NCBI GenBank assembly: GCA_048013815.1
Contig: CM106585.1
Location: forward strand, 19,220,001 to 19,284,000
Direction: 5' to 3'
Source of the DNA: Setoptus koraiensis
Taxonomy: Eukaryota; Animalia; Arthropoda
Length of the DNA: 64,000 nucleotides
In this document: positions 13,259 through 24,227 of the stretch, one piece after another
How the letters are laid out: each line of letters starts with the position of its first letter
Position numbering within the stretch: position 1 is the stretch's first letter
The notes under the pieces: model-generated
Told to the model about the DNA's origin: nothing
Database searches by the model: none
What the model saw: the letters and a program-made list of their open reading frames with translations, nothing else
Made by a program: the position numbers and the translations under genes

Positions 13259-16200
13259 ATGGACGATCGAGACGACCACGAGGAGGACGTAGAAGAAATC
13301 GACGAAGATGACGACGACGAAGACGACGACGAGGTAAACGAGGTGGATGAGGTTGATGAAGTCGATGAGGTTGACGAAGAGTACGAAGAGGAAGAAATGG
13401 AGGAGGAGGTTAATCGGAACGACGAAATCGCCGAAGAGGACATTTATAAGATCAAAAGAGAAAGAGACCTCTACCTCAAACAGAGAAATTCTTACAGTGA
13501 TGAACTAGAGCAGAAATGCAACGATTTAATAAATCTTCGAACTCAGATGCGCCGATTAGAGGTAGATCTGAAATCCGAAAATCAATGTACCAAACTAGAG
13601 CTGGACAGATGTCGTGAGGAAATTGTTCAGTTGAAAGATCAGATTGAAAAGAAGAATGAACGAGTTATGAATTTATGCCAAGAGCTAAACACAACAAGAG
13701 ACAATCTATCCAGGGTTGAAAATCTTTACAACGACGAGATTAGATCCTTACAGAGGCAGAACGACGAAACAAATCGATGTCTCGAAGCATCTGAAGCCAG
13801 AAGAGAAGAATTGGCTGGCAATATTAATAAGTTACAAGACTTGCTACAGTTGGCCAAACAAGCAAATCAGGAATTACAGCAGGCTTTCTCAGACAAATGT
13901 TCAGAATACGACGAAATGGTCGAGCAACATGCTCGATACGCTCGTGTTCAAGCTCCAGCTAGACCTCAGAGTCAACCAGATTCATGGTTGGAACGGTACA
14001 ATGGGCAAAACACCAGTTTATCAATGGCTCAATTACTAGAGTTGAAATCTAAATACATGCAAGACATGGATGATCTCAGGTTTGAAAACGAGAGACTGCA
14101 CCAACAAGTGCGAGACATGAGAGAAAATTTCGAACAAAACGTGCCTTATTTGCATCAGAAATCTCTGGAACAAGAAAAATCAATTGAGACAATCGATGCC
14201 TTGGAAAAACAAGTATTTGAATTGATCAGTGATAGAGATAAATGGTCAGCAGAAAAGGAGGCTCACACTCAACGAGTGAAATTTCTCGAAAGGGAATGCG
14301 CACGTTTCGCTAACGAAAACAGAGACCTTTCTAGGCAGGTTAGGACTCTTCTCAGGGCAGTCGAAGAGGAAAGAGGTATGATTATTGGAGACGATCGTAT
14401 CCCGGAGAATCAAGGTTTCACTGCTAACGCGATCATAGACACTCATCTCGTTACTTTCAAGTCTATAGAAGAGCTACAACTCAAAAAACCAACAAATCCT
14501 TTCCGCCTTGAGGGAGTTGAGTGCAAGGAATGAAGAGTTGGAATGTCAGCAACCAGCGGACTTAACCAAACTCACGAAAGAATTGAATGATGCAATTGCT
14601 GAAGTGGAAGTTCTCAAAAACGAAAGGAAAGAACAATCTGCTGCCCTCAAAAACATAATTCAGCAAAGAGATCTATTTAAAATCATGCTAAGTAGAACAA
14701 AGAGACTGACTCCTGACGTTTTCCAACAGATGGTATCAGTAGCCCTCTCGGGTAATGTAAATGAATCTTTCAGCTTGTCTACAACTAGCTCGTTTCTACC
14801 TGATCAAGATAGACTCGAAGATTTAAATAGAACACTGCAAAGTACAGAAATCGACAAATCTAAACTCAAAGAAGAACTCCGAGAAGTTCAACAGGCTAAC
14901 AAAGCATACTCTGAAGAAGTCAAAAAGTTGACAGCTGAATTAACCCAAGCCAGAGTTGAATCAGCTAAACATTTATCAGAATTAGAACTTCTCAAGGAGA
15001 GGTTACAGGTAGTTCAAAGTAATGCGGAAATCCATAGGCGGGAGTGTGATACCTTGCGAGCTCGAACACAGAAATTCACCGAGAATATTTCCATATTAGA
15101 AAAAAATGCGGCACTCATGTCAGATCAATATAACTCTCTGCAGGAGAAGGTAAATTTGTTGGAGATACAAAATGGAAAATTGAAATCAGAGATCGAACTG
15201 TCTGAGGCTAATTACCACCAAATCCTGCAACAAAATAAAAATCTGCGCCGCAACCAGGAGTCGTTGCAGAGTTCACTAGAGGCTACAAATCAAGCTTTCG
15301 TGCAACAACTATCTCAAAAAGATCAAGATTGTAATTACTACAAGAATAAATTGAATGAATTGGAACAAATCCACCACAAAAAGGTTGATGAGCTCATGAT
15401 GAGACTAAAAGTGATTGCTAACGCTACCTCTAAAAGAGACCAGGAGACAGCCGAGATGACAAAAGCTTTAATGATCTCTCTCAGCAAAGATTTACTTAAA
15501 GAAGTTGGAGGCCTATTAGAATCAAAGCAAATTCAATGCCGACCTCCTCATCCTGCCATCAGGCCATTGAGCAAACCGTCGTCAACCGTGACACCGCAAA
15601 TCCGAAGTATAGAAGAAGGTCCCCCTACTACGCCTATTGTTCAGCCCAGTACGTCTGTAGCAACTGTAGCCCCAACACAGACTATTCAGCCTAGTGTTCA
15701 GTCGGGTGTTCAGTCGGGTGTTCAGTCGGGTGTTCAGTCGGGTGTTCAATCGAGACTTCTATCAGGACTTCAATCAGGAATTCAGTCTGGAATTCAGTCT
15801 AGTGTTCAATCTGGTGTTCAATCTGGTGTTCAACCTGGTGTCCAAACTGGTATTCAACCTGGTGTTCAAACTGGTATTCAATCCAGCACTCAGTCTGCCG
15901 TTCAGTCTAACATCCAGCCCGGTCCATTCAGACAGTCTGGCAAAATTATAATAAGAAAGCGAGCAAGACCTGAAACAAATCTTTTGGGTAGGAAGCGACC
16001 GAAGTCTGATTCGCCAGCGACTAACGAACAGCAACCGGCTTCCGGTGACCAATCTTTAACTAATGAGAAGCGCGTCGAGGAAGATGCTGACGTTGAAACC
16101 ACTCCCAAGATAGAAACGAAGCCAGAAACGAAGCCTGATATTAAGCCTGATACTAAGCCTGATACTAAGCCAGAAACGATGCCAGAAACGATGCCAGAAC

Positions 16201-16934
16201 CCAGGCCAGAACCCAGGCCAGAACCCAAGACAGCTACTAGTGAAATGGATCCTCCGCGACAACAACCAATTGACAAGGAGCCCACAGAAAAGCTTAGTAC
16301 ATTACCAGAACAATCGATTGAAACTAATGTGGAGACAACTGAGGCACCAACATTCGTTGATGCTTCAGAGGTTCAGCCAGAGATTTCGGAAACCCCTAAA
16401 ATGACAGAGAATCCTACCCCCGCGCCCGAACTCGAGCCTCAGTCTGTCCTAGAAAGTGTCGAACCTTTGGTCGAGTCTGTAGCAGTTGATTCGGAGCCAC
16501 AACAAGAGGTTTGTAACGAACCGGAAGTCGATGCAGCAGCCTGTCTAAAGGACAAACTAAATCCGGACCCCGCAGATAAGCTCGAAACACCACCAGAACA
16601 ATCGATTGATGCCATTGTAGAGACAGTAGTAGAGCCACCAGTATTCGTTGATGAAACAGAAGTTCAATCAGAACTCGTCGAAATTTTAGAAAAGGCGGAG
16701 AAATCTGCCAGTGAATCCGAAGTCGAGCTGCAGCCTGTCGTGGAACTTGTGGAACCTCCATTCGAGTCTATCGCAATAGACATGGAGCCTCAGATCGTCA
16801 AGGATGGTGTCGATCAACCGCTTGAATCATTCGAGGTGGATGTTGAGCCACATCAAGTTACTTTCGATGACCAACAGGAACAAGTTATCATCGTCGAACC
16901 AACTCAAGAACAACCCGACGAGCCAATGGAGTGA
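13259..16934 (+). CDS. Tpr: Tpr/Megator-like coiled-coil protein, copy 1; +1 frameshift in an A-run at 14483-14488 (error or pseudogene)
   Basis: ORFs 13259-14533 and 14508-16934 join into the copy-2 protein if one A is removed (6 A here, 5 A in copies 2 and 3). Confidence 0.7.
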
Positions 16935-17149
16935 TATCCAAGCGCGCTCAAATGTTGAGCTCAAGCGCAGAAACTTTCTCATTGTAAACGCAGTCTATCT
17001 GTGGAGCAACCATTTTCAACTCAACCAACCAATTCAATAAAAAGCACGCTCACACCAGATTTTACATTTTACTATAGCATCAGCATCTCTCTTTACCAAA
17101 AAATAAAACTTCAAATATTATTCACAGATAACCATTCATTTATGAAAAT

Positions 17150-20100
17150 ATGGACGGTCGTGACGACCACGAGGAGGACGTCGAAGAAATCGGCGAAGAT
17201 GGCGACGACGAGGTAAACGAGGCGGATGAGGTTGGTGAAGTCGATGAGGTTGACGAAGAGTACGAAGAGGAAGAAATGGAGGAGGAGGTTAATCGGAACG
17301 ACGAAATCGCCGAAGAGGACATTTATAAGATCAAAAGAGAAAGAGACCTCTACCTCAAACAGAGAAATTCTTACAGTGATGAACTAGAGCAGAAATGCAA
17401 CGATTTAATAAATCTTCGAACTCAGATGCGCCGATTAGAGGTAGATCTGAAATCCGAAAATCAATGTACCAAACTAGAGCTGGACAGATGTCGTGAGGAA
17501 ATTGTTCAGTTGAAAGATCAGATTGAAAAGAAGAATGAACGAGTTATGAATTTATGCCAAGAGCTAAACACAACAAGAGACAATCTATCCAGGGTTGAAA
17601 ATCTTTACAACGACGAGATTAGATCCTTACAGAGGCAGAACGACGAAACAAATCGATGTCTCGAAGCATCTGAAGCCAGAAGAGAAGAATTGGCTGGCAA
17701 TATTAATAAGTTACAAGACTTGCTACAGTTGGCCAAACAAGCAAATCAGGAATTACAGCAGGCTTTCTCAGACAAATGTTCAGAATACGACGAAATGGTC
17801 GAGCAACATGCTCGATACGCTCGTGTTCAAGCTCCAGCTAGACCTCAGAGTCAACCAGATTCATGGTTGGAACGGTACAATGGGCAAAACACCAGTTTAT
17901 CAATGGCTCAATTACTAGAGTTGAAATCTAAATACATGCAAGACATGGATGATCTCAGGTTTGAAAACGAGAGACTGCACCAACAAGTGCGAGACATGAG
18001 AGAAAATTTCGAACAAAACGTGCCTTATTTGCATCAGAAATCTCTGGAACAAGAAAAATCAATTGAGACAATCGATGCCTTGGAAAAACAAGTATTTGAA
18101 TTGATCAGTGATAGAGATAAATGGTCAGCAGAAAAGGAGGCTCACACTCAACGAGTGAAATTTCTCGAAAGGGAATGCGCACGTTTCGCTAACGAAAACA
18201 GAGACCTTTCTAGGCAGGTTAGGACTCTTCTCAGGGCAGTCGAAGAGGAAAGAGGTATGATTATTGGAGACGATCGTATCCCGGAGAATCAAGGTTTCAC
18301 TGCTAACGCGATCATAGACACTCATCTCGTTACTTTCAAGTCTATAGAAGAGCTACAACTCAAAAACCAACAAATCCTTTCCGCCTTGAGGGAGTTGAGT
18401 GCAAGGAATGAAGAGTTGGAATGTCAGCAACCAGCGGACTTAACCAAACTCACGAAAGAATTGAATGATGCAATTGCTGAAGTGGAAGTTCTCAAAAACG
18501 AAAGGAAAGAACAATCTGCTGCCCTCAAAAACATAATTCAGCAAAGAGATCTATTTAAAATCATGCTAAGTAGAACAAAGAGACTGACTCCTGACGTTTT
18601 CCAACAGATGGTATCAGTAGCCCTCTCGGGTAATGTAAATGAATCTTTCAGCTTGTCTACAACTAGCTCGTTTCTACCTGATCAAGATAGACTCGAAGAT
18701 TTAAATAGAACACTGCAAAGTACAGAAATCGACAAATCTAAACTCAAAGAAGAACTCCGAGAAGTTCAACAGGCTAACAAAGCATACTCTGAAGAAGTCA
18801 AAAAGTTGACAGCTGAATTAACCCAAGCCAGAGTTGAATCAGCTAAACATTTATCAGAATTAGAACTTCTCAAGGAGAGGTTACAGGTAGTTCAAAGTAA
18901 TGCGGAAATCCATAGGCGGGAGTGTGATACCTTGCGAGCTCGAACACAGAAATTCACCGAGAATATTTCCATATTAGAAAAAAATGCGGCACTCATGTCA
19001 GATCAATATAACTCTCTGCAGGAGAAGGTAAATTTGTTGGAGATACAAAATGGAAAATTGAAATCAGAGATCGAACTGTCTGAGGCTAATTACCACCAAA
19101 TCCTGCAACAAAATAAAAATCTGCGCCGCAACCAGGAGTCGTTGCAGAGTTCACTAGAGGCTACAAATCAAGCTTTCGTGCAACAACTATCTCAAAAAGA
19201 TCAAGATTGTAATTACTACAAGAATAAATTGAATGAATTGGAACAAATCCACCACAAAAAGGTTGATGAGCTCATGATGAGACTAAAAGTGATTGCTAAC
19301 GCTACCTCTAAAAGAGACCAGGAGACAGCCGAGATGACAAAAGCTTTAATGATCTCTCTCAGCAAAGATTTACTTAAAGAAGTTGGAGGCCTATTAGAAT
19401 CAAAGCAAATTCAATGCCGACCTCCTCATCCTGCCATCAGGCCATTGAGCAAACCGTCGTCAACCGTGACACCGCAAATCCGAAGTATAGAAGAAGGTCC
19501 CCCTACTACGCCTATTGTTCAGCCCAGTACGTCTGTAGCAACTGTAGCCCCAACACAGACTATTCAGCCTAGTGTTCAGTCGGGTGTTCAGTCGGGTGTT
19601 CAGTCGGGTGTTCAGTCGGGTGTTCAATCGAGACTTCTATCAGGACTTCAATCAGGAATTCAGTCTGGAATTCAGTCTAGTGTTCAATCTGGTGTTCAAT
19701 CTGGTGCTCAACCTGGTGTCCAAACTGGTATTCAACCTGGTGTTCAAACTGGTATTCAATCCAGCACTCAGTCTGCCGTTCAGTCTAACATCCAGCCCGG
19801 TCCATTCAGACAGTCTGGCAAAATTATAATAAGAAAGCGAGCAAGACCTGAAACAAATCTTTTGGGTAGGAAGCGACCGAAGTCTGATTCGCCAGCGACT
19901 AACGAACAGCAACCGGCTTCCGGTGACCAATCTTTAACTAATGAGAAGCGCGTCGAGGAAGATGCTGACGTTGAAACCACTCCCAAGATAGAAACGAAGC
20001 CAGAAACGAAGCCTGATATTAAGCCTGATACTAAGCCTGATACTAAGCCAGAAACGATGCCAGAAACGATGCCAGAACCCAGGCCAGAACCCAAGACAGC

Positions 20101-20800
20101 TACTAGTGAAATGGATCCTCCGCGACAACAACCAATTGACAAGGAGCCCACAGAAAAGCTTAGTACATTACCAGAACAATCGATTGAAACTAATGTGGAG
20201 ACAACTGAGGCACCAACATTCGTTGATGCTTCAGAGGTTCAGCCAGAGATTTCGGAAACCCCTAAAATGACAGAGAATCCTACCCCCGCGCCCGAACTCG
20301 AGCCTCAGTCTGTCCTAGAAAGTGTCGAACCTTTGGTCGAGTCTGTAGCAGTTGATTCGGAGCCACAACAAGAGGTTTGTAACGAACCGGAAGTCGATGC
20401 AGCAGCCTGTCTAAAGGACAAACTAAATCCGGACCCCGCAGATAAGCTCGAAACACCACCAGAACAATCGATTGATGCCATTGTAGAGACAGTAGTAGAG
20501 CCACCAGTATTCGTTGATGAAACAGAAGTTCAATCAGAACTCGTCGAAATTTTAGAAAAAGCGGAGAAATCTGCCAGTGAATCCGAAGTCGAGCTGCAGC
20601 CTGTCGTGGAACTTGTGGAACCTCCATTCGAGTCTATCGCAATAGACATGGAGCCTCAGATCGTCAAGGATGGTGTCGATCAACCGCTTGAATCATTCGA
20701 GGTGGATGTTGAGCCACATCAAGTTACTTTCGATGACCAACAGGAACAAGTTATCATCGTCGAACCAACTCAAGAACAACCCGACGAGCCAATGGAGTGA
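17150..20800 (+). CDS. Tpr: Tpr/Megator-like coiled-coil protein, copy 2; intronless, 1216 aa, acidic N-terminus and low-complexity C-terminus
   Basis: The segments QVRTLLRAVEEERG, IIDTHLVTFKSIEELQLKNQQILSALRELS and QQRDLFKIML resemble the conserved Tpr/Mlp1 N-terminal coiled coil (recalled human-type motifs LVSYRNIEELQQQNQRLL and RQRDMYRILL). The protein is far shorter than canonical Tpr. Confidence 0.75.
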   Translation: MDGRDDHEEDVEEIGEDGDDEVNEADEVGEVDEVDEEYEEEEMEEEVNRNDEIAEEDIYKIKRERDLYLKQRNSYSDELEQKCNDLINLRTQMRRLEVDLKSENQCTKLELDRCREEIVQLKDQIEKKNERVMNLCQELNTTRDNLSRVENLYNDEIRSLQRQNDETNRCLEASEARREELAGNINKLQDLLQLAKQANQELQQAFSDKCSEYDEMVEQHARYARVQAPARPQSQPDSWLERYNGQNTSLSMAQLLELKSKYMQDMDDLRFENERLHQQVRDMRENFEQNVPYLHQKSLEQEKSIETIDALEKQVFELISDRDKWSAEKEAHTQRVKFLERECARFANENRDLSRQVRTLLRAVEEERGMIIGDDRIPENQGFTANAIIDTHLVTFKSIEELQLKNQQILSALRELSARNEELECQQPADLTKLTKELNDAIAEVEVLKNERKEQSAALKNIIQQRDLFKIMLSRTKRLTPDVFQQMVSVALSGNVNESFSLSTTSSFLPDQDRLEDLNRTLQSTEIDKSKLKEELREVQQANKAYSEEVKKLTAELTQARVESAKHLSELELLKERLQVVQSNAEIHRRECDTLRARTQKFTENISILEKNAALMSDQYNSLQEKVNLLEIQNGKLKSEIELSEANYHQILQQNKNLRRNQESLQSSLEATNQAFVQQLSQKDQDCNYYKNKLNELEQIHHKKVDELMMRLKVIANATSKRDQETAEMTKALMISLSKDLLKEVGGLLESKQIQCRPPHPAIRPLSKPSSTVTPQIRSIEEGPPTTPIVQPSTSVATVAPTQTIQPSVQSGVQSGVQSGVQSGVQSRLLSGLQSGIQSGIQSSVQSGVQSGAQPGVQTGIQPGVQTGIQSSTQSAVQSNIQPGPFRQSGKIIIRKRARPETNLLGRKRPKSDSPATNEQQPASGDQSLTNEKRVEEDADVETTPKIETKPETKPDIKPDTKPDTKPETMPETMPEPRPEPKTATSEMDPPRQQPIDKEPTEKLSTLPEQSIETNVETTEAPTFVDASEVQPEISETPKMTENPTPAPELEPQSVLESVEPLVESVAVDSEPQQEVCNEPEVDAAACLKDKLNPDPADKLETPPEQSIDAIVETVVEPPVFVDETEVQSELVEILEKAEKSASESEVELQPVVELVEPPFESIAIDMEPQIVKDGVDQPLESFEVDVEPHQVTFDDQQEQVIIVEPTQEQPDEPME

Positions 20801-21015
20801 TATCCAAGCGCGCTCAAATGTTGAGCTCAAGCGCAGAAACTTTCTCATTGTAAACGCAGTCTATCTGTGGAGCAACCATTTTCAACTCAACCAACCAATT
20901 CAATAAAAAGCACGCTCACACCAGATTTTACATTTTACTATAGCATCAGCATCTCTCTTTACCAAAAAATAAAACTTCAAATATTATTCACAGATAACCA
21001 TTCATTTATGAAAAT

Positions 21016-23931
21016 ATGGACGGTCGTGACGACCACGAGGAGGACGTCGAAGAAATCGGCGAAGATGGCGACGACGAGGTAAACGAGGTGGATGAGGTTG
21101 ATGAAGTCGATGAGGTTGACGAAGAGTACGAAGAGGAAGAAATGGAGGAGGAGGTTAATCGGAACGACGAAATCGCCGAAGAGGACATTTATAAGATCAA
21201 AAGAGAAAGAGACCTCTACCTCAAACAGAGAAATTCTTACAGTGATGAACTAGAGCAGAAATGCAACGATTTAATAAATCTTCGAACTCAGATGCGCCGA
21301 TTAGAGGTAGATCTGAAATCCGAAAATCAATGTACCAAACTAGAGCTGGACAGATGTCGTGAGGAAATTGTTCAGTTGAAAGATCAGATTGAAAAGAAGA
21401 ATGAACGAGTTATGAATTTATGCCAAGAGCTAAACACAACAAGAGACAATCTATCCAGGGTTGAAAATCTTTACAACGACGAGATTAGATCCTTACAGAG
21501 GCAGAACGACGAAACAAATCGATGTCTCGAAGCATCTGAAGCCAGAAGAGAAGAATTGGCTGGCAATATTAATAAGTTACAAGACTTGCTACAGTTGGCC
21601 AAACAAGCAAATCAGGAATTACAGCAGGCTTTCTCAGACAAATGTTCAGAATACGACGAAATGGTCGAGCAACATGCTCGATACGCTCGTGTTCAAGCTC
21701 CAGCTAGACCTCAGAGTCAACCAGATTCATGGTTGGAACGGTACAATGGGCAAAACACCAGTTTATCAATGGCTCAATTACTAGAGTTGAAATCTAAATA
21801 CATGCAAGACATGGATGATCTCAGGTTTGAAAACGAGAGACTGCACCAACAAGTGCGAGACATGAGAGAAAATTTCGAACAAAACGTGCCTTATTTGCAT
21901 CAGAAATCTCTGGAACAAGAAAAATCAATTGAGACAATCGATGCCTTGGAAAAACAAGTATTTGAATTGATCAGTGATAGAGATAAATGGTCAGCAGAAA
22001 AGGAGGCTCACACTCAACGAGTGAAATTTCTCGAAAGGGAATGCGCACGTTTCGCTAACGAAAACAGAGACCTTTCTAGGCAGGTTAGGACTCTTCTCAG
22101 GGCAGTCGAAGAGGAAAGAGGTATGATTATTGGAGACGATCGTATCCCGGAGAATCAAGGTTTCACTGCTAACGCGATCATAGACACTCATCTCGTTACT
22201 TTCAAGTCTATAGAAGAGCTACAACTCAAAAACCAACAAATCCTTTCCGCCTTGAGGGAGTTGAGTGCAAGGAATGAAGAGTTGGAATGTCAGCAACCAG
22301 CGGACTTAACCAAACTCACGAAAGAATTGAATGATGCAATTGCTGAAGTGGAAGTTCTCAAAAACGAAAGGAAAGAACAATCTGCTGCCCTCAAAAACAT
22401 AATTCAGCAAAGAGATCTATTTAAAATCATGCTAAGTAGAACAAAGAGACTGACTCCTGACGTTTTCCAACAGATGGTATCAGTAGCCCTCTCGGGTAAT
22501 GTAAATGAATCTTTCAGCTTGTCTACAACTAGCTCGTTTCTACCTGATCAAGATAGACTCGAAGATTTAAATAGAACACTGCAAAGTACAGAAATCGACA
22601 AATCTAAACTCAAAGAAGAACTCCGAGAAGTTCAACAGGCTAACAAAGCATACTCTGAAGAAGTCAAAAAGTTGACAGCTGAATTAACCCAAGCCAGAGT
22701 TGAATCAGCTAAACATTTATCAGAATTAGAACTTCTCAAGGAGAGGTTACAGGTAGTTCAAAGTAATGCGGAAATCCATAGGCGGGAGTGTGATACCTTG
22801 CGAGCTCGAACACAGAAATTCACCGAGAATATTTCCATATTAGAAAAAAATGCGGCACTCATGTCAGATCAATATAACTCTCTGCAGGAGAAGGTAAATT
22901 TGTTGGAGATACAAAATGGAAAATTGAAATCAGAGATCGAACTGTCTGAGGCTAATTACCACCAAATCCTGCAACAAAATAAAAATCTGCGCCGCAACCA
23001 GGAGTCGTTGCAGAGTTCACTAGAGGCTACAAATCAAGCTTTCGTGCAACAACTATCTCAAAAAGATCAAGATTGTAATTACTACAAGAATAAATTGAAT
23101 GAATTGGAACAAATCCACCACAAAAAGGTTGATGAGCTCATGATGAGACTAAAAGTGATTGCTAACGCTACCTCTAAAAGAGACCAGGAGACAGCCGAGA
23201 TGACAAAAGCTTTAATGATCTCTCTCAGCAAAGATTTACTTAAAGAAGTTGGAGGCCTATTAGAATCAAAGCAAATTCAATGCCGACCTCCTCATCCTGC
23301 CATCAGGCCATTGAGCAAACCGTCGTCAACCGTGACACCGCAAATCCGAAGTATAGAAGAAGGTCCCCCTACTACGCCTATTGTTCAGCCCAGTACGTCT
23401 GTAGCAACTGTAGCCCCAACACAGACTATTCAGCCTAGTGTTCAGTCTGCCGTTCAGTCTAACATCCAGCCCGGTCCATTCCGACAGTCTGGCAAAATTA
23501 AAATAAGAAAGCGAGCGAGACTTGAAACAAATCGAACCTGTCTAAAGGACAAACTAAATCCGGACCCCGCAGATAAGCTCGAAACACCACCAGAACAATC
23601 GATTGATGCCATTGTTGAGACAGTAGTAGAACCACCAGTATTCGTTGATGAAACAGAAGTTCAATCAGAACTCGTCGAGATTTTAGAAAAAGCGGAGAAA
23701 TCTGCCAGTGAATCCGAAGTCGAGCTGCAGCCTGTCGTGGAACTTGTGGAACCTCCATTCGAGTCTATCGCAATAGACATGGAGCCTCAGATCGTCAAGG
23801 ATGGTGTCGATCAACCGCTTGAATCATTCGAGGTGGATGTTGAGCCACATCAAGTTACTTTCGATGACCAACAGGAACAAGTTATCATCGTCGAACCAAC
23901 TCAAGAACAACCCGACGAGCCAATGGACTGA
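21016..23931 (+). CDS. Tpr: Tpr/Megator-like coiled-coil protein, copy 3; intronless, 971 aa, shorter C-terminus
   Basis: The coiled-coil core appears identical to copy 2. It lacks the QSG-repeat block and a second internal block. Confidence 0.75.
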   Translation: MDGRDDHEEDVEEIGEDGDDEVNEVDEVDEVDEVDEEYEEEEMEEEVNRNDEIAEEDIYKIKRERDLYLKQRNSYSDELEQKCNDLINLRTQMRRLEVDLKSENQCTKLELDRCREEIVQLKDQIEKKNERVMNLCQELNTTRDNLSRVENLYNDEIRSLQRQNDETNRCLEASEARREELAGNINKLQDLLQLAKQANQELQQAFSDKCSEYDEMVEQHARYARVQAPARPQSQPDSWLERYNGQNTSLSMAQLLELKSKYMQDMDDLRFENERLHQQVRDMRENFEQNVPYLHQKSLEQEKSIETIDALEKQVFELISDRDKWSAEKEAHTQRVKFLERECARFANENRDLSRQVRTLLRAVEEERGMIIGDDRIPENQGFTANAIIDTHLVTFKSIEELQLKNQQILSALRELSARNEELECQQPADLTKLTKELNDAIAEVEVLKNERKEQSAALKNIIQQRDLFKIMLSRTKRLTPDVFQQMVSVALSGNVNESFSLSTTSSFLPDQDRLEDLNRTLQSTEIDKSKLKEELREVQQANKAYSEEVKKLTAELTQARVESAKHLSELELLKERLQVVQSNAEIHRRECDTLRARTQKFTENISILEKNAALMSDQYNSLQEKVNLLEIQNGKLKSEIELSEANYHQILQQNKNLRRNQESLQSSLEATNQAFVQQLSQKDQDCNYYKNKLNELEQIHHKKVDELMMRLKVIANATSKRDQETAEMTKALMISLSKDLLKEVGGLLESKQIQCRPPHPAIRPLSKPSSTVTPQIRSIEEGPPTTPIVQPSTSVATVAPTQTIQPSVQSAVQSNIQPGPFRQSGKIKIRKRARLETNRTCLKDKLNPDPADKLETPPEQSIDAIVETVVEPPVFVDETEVQSELVEILEKAEKSASESEVELQPVVELVEPPFESIAIDMEPQIVKDGVDQPLESFEVDVEPHQVTFDDQQEQVIIVEPTQEQPDEPMD

Positions 23932-24227
23932 TATTCAAATAAGCGCGCTCAAATGTTGAGCTCAAGCGCAGATACTTTCTCATTTTATATCTGCAGGCTG
24001 CACCAGAGATCTGCTGAAAATAAATAACATCTACGAAGTTCGATTATTCGAACTCTCACAACCCAAACCTTAAAAAAATGACCGATAATATTATTTAGCA
24101 TAATTTTTGCATAATGTTCTACCTAAAAGTTTCTCTATTGGATCCGATGAGGGTAGTCACAGTTGTGAGTGTTTGTTTTATTCTAATAATATGTGTATCA
24201 GTAAGCGAAACGAAGGACTTAAGGCAG

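Larger units (their letters stand above)
13181..23984 (+). repeat. Tandem segmental array, about 3.9-kb unit, at least three copies
   Basis: The landmark tatagcatcagcatctctc recurs at 13181, 17073 and 20939 (periods 3892 and 3866). Homology fades after about 23984. Confidence 0.95.

Noticed and set aside
12536-13292. Long ORFs crossing 12.7-13.2 kb
   Set aside because: Artefacts of translating the N gap.
14483-14488. Programmed frameshift in Tpr-like copy 1
   Set aside because: It is a single extra A in a homopolymer. The other copies are intact, and another A-run near the contig end (13206-13217) also deviates, so a sequencing error or simple pseudogenisation is more likely.
13181-23984. 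Tpr array as a pure assembly artefact
   Set aside because: The copies differ by substitutions, repeat-unit counts and large in-frame indels, which identical mis-stacked reads would not produce. Exact copy number remains unverified.
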